A stretch of 64,000 bases of DNA from Owenia fusiformis (lineage: Eukaryota): assembly GCA_903813345.2 (NCBI GenBank), contig CAIIXF020000001.1, positions 3,100,001 through 3,164,000 on the forward strand, given 5' to 3'. Made by a program: the position numbers and the translations under genes. The notes below the pieces were generated by a model. That model was not told the origin of the DNA. It searched no databases and saw only the letters and a list, made by a program, of their open reading frames with translations. Each line of letters starts with the position of its first letter. The stretch's first letter is position 1. Positions 60,246 through 64,000 of this stretch are shown here, piece after piece.

Positions 60246-63200
60246 CTCATAGAGATGATAAAATAATTTCTATTTGAGACAGGGTGCAAACATAACCAAC
60301 CCACATGCATCAATATGTTGTGTTTTGACACAGTTAACCCTTTAAAGAAATAATGCATTCCATCAGGGGTTTAAAAGATATCAAATATGGGTGACCAAAA
60401 TTAAGCTCAAAGTAATGGAGCACATGAGTTTTCCCTATGGGAAAATAACAGGAAAATATTGTTTTCTGCTTTATCTAAAAGAAATTTATTATTCCTTTTT
60501 ATGGGTTAACTATGTCTCAAAATCGCAACATATTGATGCAACAAAAATTTAAAAAGCAGGGGTGAAAGGGCGTGAAAATCAGGACAACATTTCCGAAAAA
60601 ACATGTTGTTGGATTGTTTGCACCTTCGATGTCTCAAAGTCCAAACTATTTTATCATCTCTGAGAGTTCTTTTCCTGTAGGTAATGCAATGGCCTATCAT
60701 ATGCACCTGGTTAAGTCCTCAGGAAACAGACGAAATCTAACATATGACTGTCTGAAATATGTTGCGATACTTTCCGTGCTCCTTTGAGACCTGATATTTC
60801 TCAATTTTTCAAACATTGCACTTGTTAAAATTCTTAAACTTCCTTAAATTCATCTTCGGTATGTTTTACTTCTTAGTTTCACACTCTAAAAATATATGTT
60901 TCATCATAGAGGTATGGATGAAAAAGCCATAAGGGTCATCCATGGCTATACCTAACATTCGTAAATTTGAAACCTTATATTTACAATTTTTAAAATTTTG
61001 GACTTGTTTAAAATCTTTAACTTCCTTAAAAAACATCTAAATTATGTTCTACATCTTTAGTTCCATACTACAAAACCATAAATATCACCAAAGAGGGATG
61101 GATTTAGAAACTATAGGGGTCGGCCATGGCTATACCTTGAATTCGTAAATTTGAAACCTTATATTTACAATTTTTCAAATTTTGGACTTGTTTAAAACCT
61201 TTAACTTCCTTAAAACCCATCTAAACTATGTTTTACATCATAGAGCCACACTATAAAACCAAAAATATCATCATAGAGGGATGGATCTAGAACCTATAGG
61301 GGTCAGCCATGGCTATACCTGGGATTCGTAAATATGAAACCTTATATTTACAATTTTTCAAATTTTGGACTTGTTTAAAACCTTTAACTTCCTTAAAACC
61401 CATCTAAATTATGTTTTACTTCTTAGTTTCACACTATAAAACCATAAATATCATCATAGAGGGATGGATCTAGAAACTAAAGGGGTCAGCCATGGCTATA
61501 CCTGGAATTCGTAAATTTGAAACCTTATATTTACAATTTTTCAAATTTTGGACTTGTTTAAAACCTTTAACTTCCTTAAAACCCATCTAAATTATGTTTT
61601 ACATCTTAGTTTCACACAATAAAACCATAAATATCATCATAGAGGGATGGATCTAGAAATTATAAGGGTCAGCTATAGTCATACACAAAATCCAGCTGAC
61701 AAAAATGTCAAATTTTTCGAAAAATCAACAATTTTTTTCTCAGCTCCTACCTCTTCCATGGCTTTGCATCTTTCAGGGTTACTAACCCTGCTATTGGGCA
61801 CTTCACATGAATTTTTCCAACCTCTTACAGTGTCTAATTGAAAAGTTAGAATCAAAATAGTAAGAAAATGAGTCACAAATTTGCCCCCTGGGGTACATAC
61901 TTTGTACTAATTTTCAAATTCTTTAGGAGTTATCAGCATCAATTATACTGCAAGTGATTCATATATATAATATCTATGTATGTCACTTACAAACATCAAA
62001 ATATCTAAGGTTATTTAGTGTGAACAATTTTTTCCCCCAAGGTGGGGTGTTTTTGGGGGGTGGGGGGCTAACTCCTCAAAAAAAGAACTTCCTACCACTC
62101 TGTGAAGCTATCACCTAGGTGGAAGTTTCATCCAAGACTCTCCCCTAACTGAAAATGCTGCCAAACCAACTATACACCATTTATTGAGAATTTTCCTCCT
62201 CGCCCCTTGAGTATTATTTTATCTATGTTAATGGATATTTTGTGGTGTTTTATATCGGTCATTTCACTACCTGTTAAGTATTAATCAATAGTATCGAAGA
62301 AATTGTTCAATTTTATTTATCTAATATGATTAAAATTGAACATTTAATTGAGCCTGTAAATCCTTAAAAATCACGTTTGTTTCTAAATATTGCGAACGCA
62401 TCACATACTGTATACGTCTTAGATTGGTGCCTGCAATATTTCGTGCTCTTTGAAGCATAGGATTTTCGCCAATTAAATATTTATCTAGCTAATAAAGCTT
62501 GTTTGGTGAATTAATCTTGGCACTACTACACTAATGTTCTGAGTATTCCTAGTGTATATGTACCTCACCTACATCGTCTGCAAAAGTGCAAGAACACCAA
62601 GATGTTTCATTTCATTCTGGATCACCACAATCGTATTGGCCGAAGAGCATTTCGAGATAGGTTTAACCATGTTCCCAGATATAGATTAAATATTAAAGAC
62701 ATTTTATTTGATCGAGTTTGAATATGAATAGAAACGTTGTTAATTCTACATAATAGAATAAATGCACATCACTGCAATTACTAAGTTGTTAAATTTAATA
62801 GTTTAAAAATGAAAAAGCACGATTTTCTTTTTTACATAGACATGTACTCTGTATCTGTTGTTCGAGCATCACCCATCGCATTGAAGTTGACTCGTCAGAA
62901 AGAGTTAGATTTTCAATTTGAAATGAGAGTTCGTCTCAAAATTGTAGATTTTCACATTTTCATCCCGACCCTGATTCAAACATGATTTGCTTTGATCACA
63001 ATGCAAAAGACGTGTTTCATATTTTGTTCCAAAGGAAAATAAATGCAATACACTGGAGACATATTTAAACATATATCGATATGGAACCCACAACTTGCAA
63101 TTTTCTTGCATGTGTATAAAATGTAAAATATACACCACCAAATAGAAAACTCATTAGCTGTTATCGTTTCATTGTCTGTTGAAAAATTATGTTGACGGAT

Positions 63201-63476
63201 TTTAGATAGAAGCATTGTAGAACACATACAACAACGGCCAAAAGTTCATTTTATTTCAGTTAGTTTCAGTAACATGACAACTTCCCGTTTTAACAGTTAT
63301 TTATTTTCAGTGATGTGTGACATACATAACGTTTTTTCTAGTCCTCATTTTCACACCAAGTGAACTTATTTTTTCAGCTACCCTTGCCCAGCAACTATCC
63401 TGTGACTGTATTGTTATTTGACAGCTATGTGGTGCCAAAAGAATATTTGCATCCTTCTCAATGAGAGATACTATAA

Positions 63477-63786
63477 GTTATTGAATGATTTGAAGTGCAA
63501 TACAGGATATATTCTGATCGAGAAATTCCGTATTGGAACGAGACGAAGTCGAGTGCCAATACAGAATATCGAGACAGAATATATCCTGTATTGCACTTCA
63601 AATCATTCAATAACGTTTTTATCGTGTGGTCCTCTGTATTGCTACTGAGATCGTCCCCTCCGTACCAATATTTTCTGTATTGCGACGGAGATGATTAACG
63701 GGAACAATCTCAGTAGCTTTACAGATTGGTACAGCACAAGAACTGACCGATCAGAGGTCTTCATTTTACAGATCATACGATAAAAA
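63477..63786 (-). mobile_element. Crypton-like non-autonomous element
   Basis: 138-bp terminal hairpin GTTATTGAATGATT...AATCATTCAATAAC, then short IR TTTTTATCGT/ACGATAAAAA; same layout as 12688-13417, inverted. Confidence 0.6.
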
Positions 63787-64000
63787 TAATTCTTGTTCAT
63801 CATTTGTCCAATTCCTTGCCCTCGACATGTTTCTTGACTACCGTCTGTTCAATGTAAATCGATTTGCATTTTGGCGCACTTATGTCTTGCACAAGTGTAA
63901 TGCATGCGCAACCAATCAAATCATATCAATTATTGGATTTTTATCAATTTCAATCAATCAATGTCAAAAACTAGCGCCAGTGTCCTTTTAAATTTCGCGC

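Larger units (their letters stand above)
56460..62211. mobile_element. 5.75-kb foldback element with TA flanks; 1.3-1.4-kb TIRs containing 183-bp tandem repeats
   Basis: TA|CTCAAGGGGCGAGGAGG...CCTCCTCGCCCCTTGAG|TA; ~4 units at 57010-57740 and ~5 inverted units at 60815-61680. Confidence 0.9.

Noticed and set aside
62560-63030. Possible upstream exons (HCDQSKSCLNQGR; WCSCTFADDV before GTGAG)
   Set aside because: Incomplete Cys pattern, in-frame stops and no convincing acceptors; at most relics.

Overview
AT-rich eukaryotic genomic DNA from an invertebrate (probably a lophotrochozoan such as a mollusc; taxon inferred). The window is dominated by one long minus-strand, intron-rich gene (possibly two adjacent genes) built from symmetric phase-1 exons. 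In transcript order these encode 12 Lys/Arg/Thr-rich non-calcium-binding EGF repeats (51.3-56.0 kb, mostly in a young ~271-bp exon+intron tandem array), 20 further EGF repeats (12.2-36.2 kb, many calcium-binding type), two sushi/CCP domains (7.2 and 8.8 kb) and a terminal chitin-binding type-2 (CBM14/peritrophin-A) exon. That terminal exon is present twice (4477-4646 and 1832-2007). The two coding copies differ by about 12% while the co-duplicated intron DNA is nearly identical. The introns are full of mobile DNA, much of it with recognisable TIRs/TSDs: Tc1/mariner MITEs, Crypton-like elements, a nested IS3EU-like/EnSpm-like/hATm/LINE stack, a Transib-like MITE, a 10.3-kb CACTA-type element, a 5.75-kb foldback element with 183-bp satellite arms, and Helentron-like elements. 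The LINE is full length, lacks ORF1, and has a hydrophobic leader and a 2A-like DIKPNPGP motif before APE-RT. All calls are by eye, with no database searches.
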